From positions 165,957-229,956 of the forward strand of contig QQUF01000045.1 of the NCBI GenBank assembly GCA_008501735.1: 64,000 nucleotides of DNA. Direction: 5' to 3'. This DNA is from Calditrichota bacterium (GTDB lineage: Bacteria > CLD3). Shown one piece after another: positions 38,966-48,641 of this stretch. A program made the position numbers and the translations under genes. Position 1 is the first letter of the stretch; every line of letters starts with the position of its first letter. The notes beneath the pieces were generated by a model. That model had not been told where the DNA came from and ran no database searches. It saw only the letters and a program-made list of their open reading frames with translations.

Positions 38966-39754
38966 TTAAGTCCTTTCGAGATTTTTAGATTCTTGACTAC
39001 GTTTCCAAAACATTACTAAACCAAAAATTAAAAATGGCAAACTCAAGTATTGTCCCATTGTAAGCGGTGAAGTGCTTGGGTCAAGAGTTTGGTATTCTTT
39101 TGCAAACTCTACTAAAAATCTTTGCAAAAAGTAAAGAGAAATAAAAAGATACATAAAATAACCGTGAGCTTTTTCTTTGTGGTATTTCCAATAAAGGTTC
39201 CACATTATCGCAAGAACAATTACTCCAAGGAATGCTTCATAAAGTTGTGAAGGATGACGTGGAATATTGTCGTAGCGAACAAAAGTTGTTGCCCAAGCTA
39301 CATCAGTCGGTTTCCCAACAATTTCGGAATTGAAGAAATTTCCAAGTCGTATCATTATCGGTGCTGCTGTAATTGAAATTGCAATTTTATCGGCAATTTC
39401 TTCAAATTTGTAACCATAATTTTTGCAAAAAAGCCAAACTGCAAAAAGCATTCCCAAAGCTCCACCGTGAGAAGCAATTCCACCTCTCCAAATCATAATT
39501 ATTTCTTCAGGATGAGCAAAGTAGTAATCAGGATTGTAAAAGAAACAATGAACTAATCTTGCACCAATAATTAATGAGATTACAGTGTAAGTCGAAAGTT
39601 TATCAGCGAGTTCTTCGTCTATGTTTGATTCACGAAAAGTTCTTGAGAGAACTAAGAATCCAAACATCACAGCCGAAGCAAACAAAAGTCCGTAGTAGCG
39701 AATTTCAATTGGACCAACTTCAAGTAAAGTTGGCGAAATATTTTGAACAAACAT
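38966..39754 (-). CDS. lgt: Prolipoprotein diacylglyceryl transferase
   Basis: IRYYGLLF, RGGIASHGG and HPSQLYE motifs. Confidence 0.9.
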   Translation of the reverse strand: MFVQNISPTLLEVGPIEIRYYGLLFASAVMFGFLVLSRTFRESNIDEELADKLSTYTVISLIIGARLVHCFFYNPDYYFAHPEEIIMIWRGGIASHGGALGMLFAVWLFCKNYGYKFEEIADKIAISITAAPIMIRLGNFFNSEIVGKPTDVAWATTFVRYDNIPRHPSQLYEAFLGVIVLAIMWNLYWKYHKEKAHGYFMYLFISLYFLQRFLVEFAKEYQTLDPSTSPLTMGQYLSLPFLIFGLVMFWKRSQESKNLERT

Positions 39755-39966
39755 TTAAAATTACTCAGTTTTGAATTTCTGCAAACATAATCACAAGAAC
39801 TTTGATTTTAAAGAATAAAATTCATTCAAACAAATAATGATTAACCCTTTAAAAAATTTACACTCTTTCTTTTATATAAAGTCAAAGGCTTTGTTAAAAT
39901 ATTTTTTTCTTTTGCCAAAATTTCTGACTAACTTTAGTAGAATTAACTAACTAAGGAGTTAAGAAA

Positions 39967-41016
39967 ATGGTTGGTAAAAAATTAATTAGAAATTTTATTT
40001 GGGTTTTTCTAATCAGTTCTCTGAGTGCTCAGAATTACGATAAAATCGAAGAGATAAATTATCTTCCAGATAGTTTATTTTACAATGGTTTAGATAGTCT
40101 TACAAATAATGGAACAATCGGAGGAATAGTTTATATTCCAAGTTTTGGAATTAACCCAAGTCTGCATTTTAATATTGACACTTCTTACAATTATTTTGAT
40201 ATTCTTTCTGTTAGTTTTTTCTTTCCGAATGATTCCACAAGCAATAACAACCCTCCTGATTCTGTTGGAATGACATTTTTAGAACAAATGCCTTGGTATC
40301 AAAATATTAATCAAAATTGGTATTGGTGGACTGACCCAAATTCACCTTGGCAAAACATTCCAATTTTATCCTCTGTAAAAGACGCTCCTCTTGCTGATTC
40401 TACAACATTAGTTATAAATTCTTCATATTCAAACACTCCTTGGGGAGAAGATGAAAAATGGTCTTGGTACGATATTGAATTAACAAACAACTTAAATCTT
40501 CAAGATTTAACTTCAAAAGATATTTGGATACAAATAGGTCCTAGTAACCTAATCGTCTTTGACGATGGCTCATGGACTCCAGATTCCTCTTATTACCATA
40601 ATTATTACGTTGGAGGTGAGTTTGATTCAAGTGGTGTTGAAATAGTTGGTTGGGGACAACAATCTCATCATTTAATGGCAAAAATCAAAATCGGTTACCA
40701 CGATTTACCAAACTCAATTGAAGAAAACCCTTCAACTCCTCAAAATTTCAAACTTAGCCAAAACTTCCCGAATCCATTTAATCCGACAACTTCAATTAAT
40801 TACGAATTTGAGACTCCCAATTATGAATTTGGAACATTGACAATTTTTAATGTTTTGGGCGAAGAAGTTAAAAGTTTTATACTAACAAAAAATTCTGGGA
40901 AAGTGGTTTGGGACGGAAAAAATAACTTTGGTAAAAGTGTAAGCTCAGGAAATTATTTTTATGAATTAAAAGTTGGAAATCAAACTCTTAAGAAGAAGAT
41001 GACTTTGTTGAAATAA
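39967..41016 (+). CDS. Hypothetical secreted protein with T9SS sorting domain (tandem paralog 1)
   Basis: Signal peptide MVGKKLIRNFIWVFLISSLSAQ, strong RBS AAGGAG, and the C-terminal domain LSQNFPNPFNPTTSINYEF...GNYFYELK. Confidence 0.7.
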   Translation: MVGKKLIRNFIWVFLISSLSAQNYDKIEEINYLPDSLFYNGLDSLTNNGTIGGIVYIPSFGINPSLHFNIDTSYNYFDILSVSFFFPNDSTSNNNPPDSVGMTFLEQMPWYQNINQNWYWWTDPNSPWQNIPILSSVKDAPLADSTTLVINSSYSNTPWGEDEKWSWYDIELTNNLNLQDLTSKDIWIQIGPSNLIVFDDGSWTPDSSYYHNYYVGGEFDSSGVEIVGWGQQSHHLMAKIKIGYHDLPNSIEENPSTPQNFKLSQNFPNPFNPTTSINYEFETPNYEFGTLTIFNVLGEEVKSFILTKNSGKVVWDGKNNFGKSVSSGNYFYELKVGNQTLKKKMTLLK

Positions 41017-41081
41017 TTTTACCCGCTTACCACAAATTCTGACTAACTTTAGTAAAATTAACTAACTAAGGAGTTAAGAAA

Positions 41082-42104
41082 ATGGTCGGTAAAAAATTAA
41101 TTAGAAATTTCGTGTGGATTTTTCTAATCGGTTCTCTAAACGCTCAAAATTACGACAAAATCGAAGAAATAAATTATCTTCCAGATAGTTTGTTTTACAA
41201 TGGTTTGGATAGTTTGAATGGAAATGGAGTTATTGATATTTTAATTCCTGTTTCATCAGCAGGAATAAATAATACTCTTCATTTTAAAGTTGATACAACT
41301 TATAATTATTTTGATATTCTTTCAATTAGCTTTTTTTCAGTAAACGATTCTTCACTTTCAACAAATGAAACTTTTGTTGGAATGAGTTTCTTAGACCAAA
41401 TGCCTTGGTATCAAGATATTAATCAAGTTTGGTATAATTTGTCAACTCCACCTCCTTGGCAAAACTTGACTCCAATTTTTTCAATTCTTGATACTCTTGA
41501 AGAAGATTCATCGACTCTAATAACAAACTATTCAAATCAATTCAACTGGAAATGGTCTTGGTTCAAAGGAGATTTATCAAATTACCCTGAATTACAGGAT
41601 TTAACTTCAAATGAAATATGGTTACAGTTTGGAACTTATTTTGGTTTACCAGCTTACCTACCATTAGACTCTACGTTTTATCATAATTTTTATACTGGTA
41701 CAGAATTTTATGAAAATGGAAATAATTTTGTTAGATGGAAACAATCTAAATCAATTCATATTCTTTGCAAAATCAAAATCGGTTACCACGATTTACCAAA
41801 CTCAATTGAAGAAAACTCTTCAACTCCTAAAAACTTTAAACTTAGCCAAAACTTCCCGAATCCATTTAATCCGACAACTTCAATTAATTACGAATTTGAG
41901 ACTCCCAATTATGAATTTGGAGCTTTAACGATTTTTAATGTTTTGGGCGAAGAAGTTAAAAGTTTCAAACTTTCTGAAAAATCAGGAACTGTTGTTTGGG
42001 ACGGAAAAAATAATTTTGGTAAAAAAGTCAGTTCAGGAGTTTATCTTTATCAACTAAAATTTGGAAATCAATCCCAAACGAAAAAAATGTTGTTGTTAAA
42101 ATAA
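41082..42104 (+). CDS. Hypothetical secreted protein with T9SS sorting domain (tandem paralog 2)
   Basis: Same leader, RBS, signal peptide and C-terminal domain as the preceding gene. The central region is divergent. Confidence 0.7.
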   Translation: MVGKKLIRNFVWIFLIGSLNAQNYDKIEEINYLPDSLFYNGLDSLNGNGVIDILIPVSSAGINNTLHFKVDTTYNYFDILSISFFSVNDSSLSTNETFVGMSFLDQMPWYQDINQVWYNLSTPPPWQNLTPIFSILDTLEEDSSTLITNYSNQFNWKWSWFKGDLSNYPELQDLTSNEIWLQFGTYFGLPAYLPLDSTFYHNFYTGTEFYENGNNFVRWKQSKSIHILCKIKIGYHDLPNSIEENSSTPKNFKLSQNFPNPFNPTTSINYEFETPNYEFGALTIFNVLGEEVKSFKLSEKSGTVVWDGKNNFGKKVSSGVYLYQLKFGNQSQTKKMLLLK

Positions 42105-42120
42105 AACCAAAGGACATTCA

Positions 42121-44943
42121 ATGCTGTCAAAAATTCTACCAATCACTCTGGGAGTCGCACTTTTTATGAGCAATTCAAACGCAGAAACACAAACCTCATT
42201 AAAAATTGATTACGAAAAATACACTTTACCAAACGGACTTGACGTGATTTTGCATCAAGACCATTCAGACCCAATTGTTTCTTTGGCTGTTGTTTACCAC
42301 GTTGGTTCAAATCGTGAAACTGTTGGAAAAACAGGTTTTGCACACTTGTTTGAGCATATGCTTTTTCAAGAATCACAGCACGTTCCGCAAGACCAATTTT
42401 TCAAAAAAATCCTTGATGCAGGTGGAACGGCAAACGGTTTTACCTTTAACGACGGAACTTGCTACTACGAAACTGTGCCGAAAGATGCCTTTGAATTAAT
42501 TACTTGGTTAGAATCCGATAGAATGGGTTTTCTACTTAGCACTGTAACTCAAGAATCTCTTGAAAATCAGCAAGACGTTGTCCAAAACGAAAAACGTCAA
42601 CGTAACGACAACACACCTTACGGAAATAGAAATTTCGTTCTTGGCAAAACACTCTACCCTGAAAATCATCCTTACAATTGGCAAGTAATCGGTTCTTTGG
42701 AAGATTTGCAAAATGCTTCACTCAAAGACGTTCACGAATTTTTTAAAAAATGGTATGGTCCAAACAACGCAACTTTAGTTGTCGCAGGAGATTTTCAAAC
42801 CGACGAAGCTAAAAGATTAGTAGAAAAATATTTTGGCGAAATCAAAAGACAATCAGAAGTAACTCCGCCTGAAAAGAATCACGTTAAACTTGACGAAACA
42901 CGCAAAGTTTTTTACCAAGATAATTTTGCAACTTCGCCCGAACTCACTTTAACTTTTCCATCGGTTCAACATTATTCTGACGAAGCTCACGCTTTGGACA
43001 TTTTATCGGAATTGCTAACCGACGGTAAAAACTCTCCTGTTTACAAAAAACTTGTTGAAGAAAAAAAATTAGTTCCTTCGATTTGGTCTTACCAATACAG
43101 TAGTGAACTTACAGGTGAATTCAGAATTCAAACTCGAACTTTCCCTGATGTTAATTTGACGGAAGTTGAAAAGGCAATTTTTGAGGCTTTGGAAGATTTT
43201 GAGAAAAATAGTTTTAGTGAAAAAGACCTTGAAAGAATTAAAGCAAAAGTAGAAACAAAATTCTACAACGGAATTTCAAGCATTTTGAACAAATCCTTCA
43301 AACTCGCCTTTTACAACACTTTCACGGGAAGTCCTGATTACATCGAAAAAGACTTGCAACAAACTTTGGGCGTTACTAAAGAAGACGTTATGAAAGTTTA
43401 TGAAAAATATGTAAAAGGTAAAAATTTTGTTTCGGTCGGAGTTGTTCCAAAAGGAAAAACTGAACAAGCTGTCAAAGGCTCAAAAGAATTTTTGATTGAA
43501 GAAGAAGAGATTTTGGCAGAAGTTGTAAGCGAAAAACGAAAAAGTTCTGCGGATTTAAAAATTGAAAAAATCCCTTCAAAGTTTGACAGAAGTGTTGAAC
43601 CTCCAAAAGGTGAAGCTCCTCTTGTAAAAGTTCCTGAAATTTCAGAAGTAAAATTTAAAAATGGTCTTGAAATTTACTTAATCGAAAACAACGAATTACC
43701 TTTGATTAATTTTTCACTAAGGTTAAAAGGTGGAATGCTTTTTGACAAAAAAATTGGAACTGCAAGTCTTCTTTCTGAACTTTTGCTAGAAGGGACAAAA
43801 AACAAAACTCCTCTTCAACTTGAAGAAGCAATAGATAATCTTGGTGCAAGCATTACAACCAAATCTTCAAAAGATTTTATCGAAATTAATGTTACAACTC
43901 TTTCCTCAAAATTCGATAAAGTTTACAGTCTTTTTGAAGAAATTTTACTCGAACCTCGCTTTGATGAAAAAGAATTTTCAAGACTCAAGGTAGAAACTAT
44001 CGAATACTTAAACAGAGAAAAAACTAAACCAACTTCTGTGGCAGCGAAAGTTTTTCCCAAATTGGTTTGGGGAGATTCGCACAAACTCGCTAATTCCGAA
44101 ATAGGAACAGAAGCAATTGTAGAAAGTTTAGAAATTGATGACTTGAAAAATTATTATAGAAAATACTTTTCACCAAACTTGGCTTCAATTTCAGTAGTTG
44201 GAAACATTTCAATGAATAAGGTCAAAAGTTCTTTCAAAAGACTTGAGTCAAAATGGAAAAACCAAAAAGTCGAAATTGCTAAAATTGAGAAGCCAAAAGA
44301 AATTGAAAAATCCAAACTTTACTTTGTTGACGTTCCAAACGCAAAACAATCTGTTATTCAAATTGGAAAAACTGCCTTTGCACAAAACGACCCGAATTAC
44401 TACCCAACTTACGTGATGAATTACGAACTTGGTGGGAAATTTAGCTCTCGAATCAATTTGATTTTACGTGAAGAAAAAGGTTACACTTACGGAGCAAGAA
44501 CAAGACTTCACGGACATTTGAATTTCGGGCATTTTTTCGCAAACACTTCTGTAAAATCCAACACAACTTTTGAGTCAGTGCAAATTATTAAAGAGCAACT
44601 TGAAAACTACAGAAACGGAATTTCAGAGGAAGAACTAGCTTCAAACAAACTTTCGATAATCAAATCAAATGCTTTAGACTTTGAGACTCTCGGAGACAAA
44701 TTAGCAATGCTCAAAAAAGTTGCTTACTACGGTTTACCAAAAGATTACGTAAAAGTAAGAGAAAACATTGTCCAAAAGATGACAGTTGAAAAGCACAAAG
44801 ATTTAGCACAGAAATTCATCAATCCTGACAAAATGGTTTACCTCGTTGTCGGAGATGCAAAAACTCAGTTAGAACCACTCAAAGAGCTCGGACTTGGTGA
44901 GCCGATTTTGTTGAACAAAGATGGAGATGAAGTAATTCAATAA
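42121..44943 (+). CDS. Secreted M16 (pitrilysin/insulinase) family zinc peptidase, double-length form
   Basis: Signal peptide. Inverted zinc motif HLFEHMLFQ in the N-terminal half and a second non-catalytic M16 half. 940 aa. Confidence 0.85.
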   Translation: MLSKILPITLGVALFMSNSNAETQTSLKIDYEKYTLPNGLDVILHQDHSDPIVSLAVVYHVGSNRETVGKTGFAHLFEHMLFQESQHVPQDQFFKKILDAGGTANGFTFNDGTCYYETVPKDAFELITWLESDRMGFLLSTVTQESLENQQDVVQNEKRQRNDNTPYGNRNFVLGKTLYPENHPYNWQVIGSLEDLQNASLKDVHEFFKKWYGPNNATLVVAGDFQTDEAKRLVEKYFGEIKRQSEVTPPEKNHVKLDETRKVFYQDNFATSPELTLTFPSVQHYSDEAHALDILSELLTDGKNSPVYKKLVEEKKLVPSIWSYQYSSELTGEFRIQTRTFPDVNLTEVEKAIFEALEDFEKNSFSEKDLERIKAKVETKFYNGISSILNKSFKLAFYNTFTGSPDYIEKDLQQTLGVTKEDVMKVYEKYVKGKNFVSVGVVPKGKTEQAVKGSKEFLIEEEEILAEVVSEKRKSSADLKIEKIPSKFDRSVEPPKGEAPLVKVPEISEVKFKNGLEIYLIENNELPLINFSLRLKGGMLFDKKIGTASLLSELLLEGTKNKTPLQLEEAIDNLGASITTKSSKDFIEINVTTLSSKFDKVYSLFEEILLEPRFDEKEFSRLKVETIEYLNREKTKPTSVAAKVFPKLVWGDSHKLANSEIGTEAIVESLEIDDLKNYYRKYFSPNLASISVVGNISMNKVKSSFKRLESKWKNQKVEIAKIEKPKEIEKSKLYFVDVPNAKQSVIQIGKTAFAQNDPNYYPTYVMNYELGGKFSSRINLILREEKGYTYGARTRLHGHLNFGHFFANTSVKSNTTFESVQIIKEQLENYRNGISEEELASNKLSIIKSNALDFETLGDKLAMLKKVAYYGLPKDYVKVRENIVQKMTVEKHKDLAQKFINPDKMVYLVVGDAKTQLEPLKELGLGEPILLNKDGDEVIQ

Positions 44944-45038
44944 AGTAATAACCATAATATTAATTGAAAATGATACCTACAAAACGAAATACCAATTTTA
45001 TGATAAACTTAATTTGAGTGTAAAAGGCTAAAAGTTGA

Positions 45039-45566
45039 ATGAGTGATAAAAAATTTAAATTACTTTCCTCTAAAGAAATAAAATCTATTGGAAACATCTC
45101 TATTTTTTACAGCTGGTTACTAATTTTTCATAATTTTTTTTGGTTTGCGTTTGCCACTTTGTTTATTTCAACTTTGGATATCAGCCAAGAACAAAAAGAT
45201 GGGTTAAATTATTCATTTTTCGAAACATTGGTTTATAACCTAATGGATTCTAGTTTTTTCTTCAACGCATTCAATATGTTTATCTTTAAACATGTTTTAT
45301 CAGTAGCGTTGTTATTTTTAATTTTATTTTGTGCAAAAAAATTTAAGAATAAAGTTACAAATTCTGATATTTATTTGGGTATCCTCTTTTTGATACATAT
45401 CATTCTTTCCATAACTAATCATTTGTGGCTTTCAGTTAGTTATGAACTCCTTTTATTAGCAGAGAATAATTCAGGAGTTTACTTACTTTTAATAAATTCA
45501 ATTGATATTAGTATTATTTTCATTTTATTAAATAGAGATAGAACAATCTTTAGAAAAATTGAATAA
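45039..45566 (+). CDS. Hypothetical membrane protein
   Basis: 175-aa very AT-rich ORF with about 4 hydrophobic segments. No motif recognised. Confidence 0.4.
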   Translation: MSDKKFKLLSSKEIKSIGNISIFYSWLLIFHNFFWFAFATLFISTLDISQEQKDGLNYSFFETLVYNLMDSSFFFNAFNMFIFKHVLSVALLFLILFCAKKFKNKVTNSDIYLGILFLIHIILSITNHLWLSVSYELLLLAENNSGVYLLLINSIDISIIFILLNRDRTIFRKIE

Positions 45567-45610
45567 ATATTAAATACATTTTAAATCGCACCGAAACAGG
45601 AGATTTCCAA

Positions 45611-48496
45611 ATGAAACAAAGGAATCAAAACTCAATTTCCTTAGTAGGAATTTTCATTTTTCTAATTTCTACTGCATTTGCAAACCTAAACGAAACTCAA
45701 AATATTAGAATCTACTTTGATTCAAATATTGATTTGGAGTTTTTCAAAAGAGGCTTTGAAACCCAAAATTTAACTAAACTCCAAAAGCGTGAGATTTTAG
45801 TTAAAGAACTCAAAAGAATTTCAAATTCTTCTCAAAGCAACGTGAAGAATTTTTTGGAGTCGAATAAAAATCTTTACAAAAACTACTCTACTCTTTGGGG
45901 AATCAATGCAATTGAAGTTCAAAGTGCCAAGAAAAGTTTAATTCAAGATTTAGAATCTTTTCAAGAAATTGAAGCGATTTCACAAGTGCCTAAAATCAAA
46001 TCTAACTCAAAAACTTCGTTCAATAATTCAAATCAAATTTCACAAGTTTCGGAAGCAGTGAACTCAATAAATGCTCCAAAATTGTGGAATCTCGGTTATT
46101 TTGGAAACGGAAGAACTGCTATGATTTTGGATTCTGGAGTTGACGGAAATCATCCTTACGTTTCAGCAAATTGGCTCGGAAATTTTCTTTCCGCAAACGA
46201 TATTGGAAATGCTTGGTACGACAGCATTGGAACAAACACTACTTTTCCCGAGGACAAACATTCTAACACACACGGAACAGGAGTTGCAAGTCTGATTCTT
46301 GGACATTCCGCAAACGACACAATCGGAGTTGCTCCAAACGCAAATTGGATTTCGGGCAAAAGTACTCCTGACAGCCAAAGCGTAATTTTGAACACACAAC
46401 TTGGACTTCAATGGGCAATTTCCTTACCTGACAGTGTTTTCGATAATTTGGACGTGATTAACAATTCTTACGGAACTTTTGGCGATTCTTGTGCGGCAGA
46501 CGCAGAATTTACTTTTTACGACACAATCGAAATGATGGAAGTAAGTTTGATTTGGGAAGCCGGAGACAACGGACCAAATCCTCACACAATCAACGACATT
46601 GCTTCTGGTGCAATTTCTCCGGCAAATACTTTTTCGGTGGGTTCAATTGACAACCAAAACGGAATTTCAAATTTCAGTTCTCGTGGACCTTCGAGTTGTG
46701 CTGACACTGTTGCAACTCTTCCGCATAGTTTAGCTTTCGGAATCAAGCCAGAGGTTGTAACTCAAGGCGAAAACGTAACAGTTGCAAAAGGAAGTTTTGC
46801 AGGAGGAGGAACTCAATCCGTAAACAGTTCGTCATTTTCGACTGCTCTTGTTAGCGGTGCAATTTGTCTTTTGAAAGAAGTAAACCCCGAAGCAACTCCC
46901 GACGAAATCAAAACTGCACTTTTGAATACAGCAACAGATTTGGGAGAACCTGGAGACGACAACACTTTTGGAATGGGAATCATTGACGTTTACGAGGCCG
47001 CAAAGGAAATTTCACCTTACGAAATTTCAGGACAAATTTTAGATAGTCTAACTTCTTTTCCTATTCAATTTGCAAGTGTAAAAATCATTCAAACTGACCA
47101 AGAAACAACTTCATCAGTTGGCGGAAATTATTCTCTGAATCCACTTGTAACAAACATCTCTTTGGAAATTTCGGCTTTCGGCTACCAACCCAAAACAATT
47201 ACAAATTTACCAACTTTAATAGAAGGAACTCCATTAGACACGAATTTCGTTTTAGTCCAAAAACCAACTGCAAACGTAGGTGGAAGTGTCTTGGACGAAA
47301 ATACTTTTGCGGCACTTGACGCACAAATTTATGCATTTGCGAAAGATGTCAATGGAGAATTTTTGTATGAAACTGACTTTACAAATTCAAGTGGGTTTTA
47401 CACTATGTCCTTGCCGGAAGGAAATTACAGAATAAGGATTGAAACAGAATTTCCTTACCCAATGCGAGAAGATAAAAATTTGTCAGTTGTCGGAGGAGTT
47501 GCACAATCTTTTAATCACATTACAGACAAAGCTCAAATCATTTTGATGGACGACGATAATTCTACAGCAATTGACACAGTTTACGAAGCGTTAATGGATA
47601 GTTTAAATTTAAATTTTTATCGGTGGGAAACAAACAACGGACTTCCAACAATTTTGGAACTTAATGAACTTAACCAACCTTCAACAATGATTTGGTACAC
47701 TGGAAACGATGAAAATGATGTTTTAGAAGACGCAACAGAAATTCCATTAATTATCGCTTACCTAAATAACGGAAGCAACATTCTTCTTACAGGACAAAAT
47801 TTGGCTGAGTCAGAAGGAAACGGAACTTTCTTCCAAACCATTTTAGGAATTGGATACGATGGAAATCACACAACTTCAAACGAAGTTCGTGGCGAAGACT
47901 CTGGATTTCTTGCAAATTCAGGACAAGGCTTTTTGATGGAAACGATAGGAACAAATCCTGAAAGCCAACAAAACTCAATGGACAAATTTTCAATTGTTCC
48001 AAACGGAAATGCTCAAGCGGTTGCAAATTACGGGACAAATGGAACTGACGGAGTTGCACTTGTAACAACAAACGGTGCAAATTGGAAAGCAGTTGTCGCA
48101 GGTTTTGACTTAGCTTCAATTCAAGAAACTACAAACGGAGTTAGTGGCGAACTTGTAATGGAAAGAATTTTGCAATACTTAGATATTCTAGCAGACACAG
48201 AAGAAAAGTCTAACGCAATCTCAAAATTCAGATTAGCTCAAAATTATCCAAATCCATTCAACCCAACAACGACGATAAATTACGAATTAGAAATTAGAAA
48301 TTACGAATCGGGTAAGTTGACAATTTTTAACGTTCTTGGCGAAACTGTGAAAGAGTTTGAATTGAAAAATAAAATCGGCTCAATCGTTTGGAATGGAACA
48401 AATTTTGAAAACAAACCTGTCTCGAGTGGAGTTTATTTTTATAGATTTGAGGCTGGAGAATTTTCTAAGGTGAAGAAAATGCTTCTGCTTAAGTAA
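45611..48496 (+). CDS. Secreted S8 subtilase paralog with T9SS sorting domain
   Basis: Same architecture as 5104..8055. D (AMILDSGVDG), H (HGTGVASLILGH), N (VINNSYG). The serine motif is divergent (SSSFSTA instead of GTSxxxP). C-terminal domain LAQNYPNPFNPTTTINYEL...GVYFYRF. Confidence 0.85.
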   Translation: MKQRNQNSISLVGIFIFLISTAFANLNETQNIRIYFDSNIDLEFFKRGFETQNLTKLQKREILVKELKRISNSSQSNVKNFLESNKNLYKNYSTLWGINAIEVQSAKKSLIQDLESFQEIEAISQVPKIKSNSKTSFNNSNQISQVSEAVNSINAPKLWNLGYFGNGRTAMILDSGVDGNHPYVSANWLGNFLSANDIGNAWYDSIGTNTTFPEDKHSNTHGTGVASLILGHSANDTIGVAPNANWISGKSTPDSQSVILNTQLGLQWAISLPDSVFDNLDVINNSYGTFGDSCAADAEFTFYDTIEMMEVSLIWEAGDNGPNPHTINDIASGAISPANTFSVGSIDNQNGISNFSSRGPSSCADTVATLPHSLAFGIKPEVVTQGENVTVAKGSFAGGGTQSVNSSSFSTALVSGAICLLKEVNPEATPDEIKTALLNTATDLGEPGDDNTFGMGIIDVYEAAKEISPYEISGQILDSLTSFPIQFASVKIIQTDQETTSSVGGNYSLNPLVTNISLEISAFGYQPKTITNLPTLIEGTPLDTNFVLVQKPTANVGGSVLDENTFAALDAQIYAFAKDVNGEFLYETDFTNSSGFYTMSLPEGNYRIRIETEFPYPMREDKNLSVVGGVAQSFNHITDKAQIILMDDDNSTAIDTVYEALMDSLNLNFYRWETNNGLPTILELNELNQPSTMIWYTGNDENDVLEDATEIPLIIAYLNNGSNILLTGQNLAESEGNGTFFQTILGIGYDGNHTTSNEVRGEDSGFLANSGQGFLMETIGTNPESQQNSMDKFSIVPNGNAQAVANYGTNGTDGVALVTTNGANWKAVVAGFDLASIQETTNGVSGELVMERILQYLDILADTEEKSNAISKFRLAQNYPNPFNPTTTINYELEIRNYESGKLTIFNVLGETVKEFELKNKIGSIVWNGTNFENKPVSSGVYFYRFEAGEFSKVKKMLLLK

Positions 48497-48506
48497 TTTT
48501 TGTTTG

Positions 48507-48621
48507 AATCACGGATTTGTAAGGATTACGCAGATTACACGGATTTCGTGCGATGCAAAAAATTATAGTTTTTCGCCGATTCTAATCCGAGTAATCCGTG
48601 CAATCAGTTTAATCCGTGATT
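48507..48621. repeat. CACGGATT/AATCCGTG repeat block (imperfect inverted repeat) between convergent genes
   Basis: CACGGATT at 48510 and 48538; AATCCGTG at 48593 and 48611. Terminal arms AATCACGGATT (48507..48517) and AATCCGTGATT (48611..48621). Degenerate GGATTACG/TAATCCGA copies occur in between. Confidence 0.7.
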
Positions 48622-48641
48622 AAGACAAAAGAAAGATGTTT

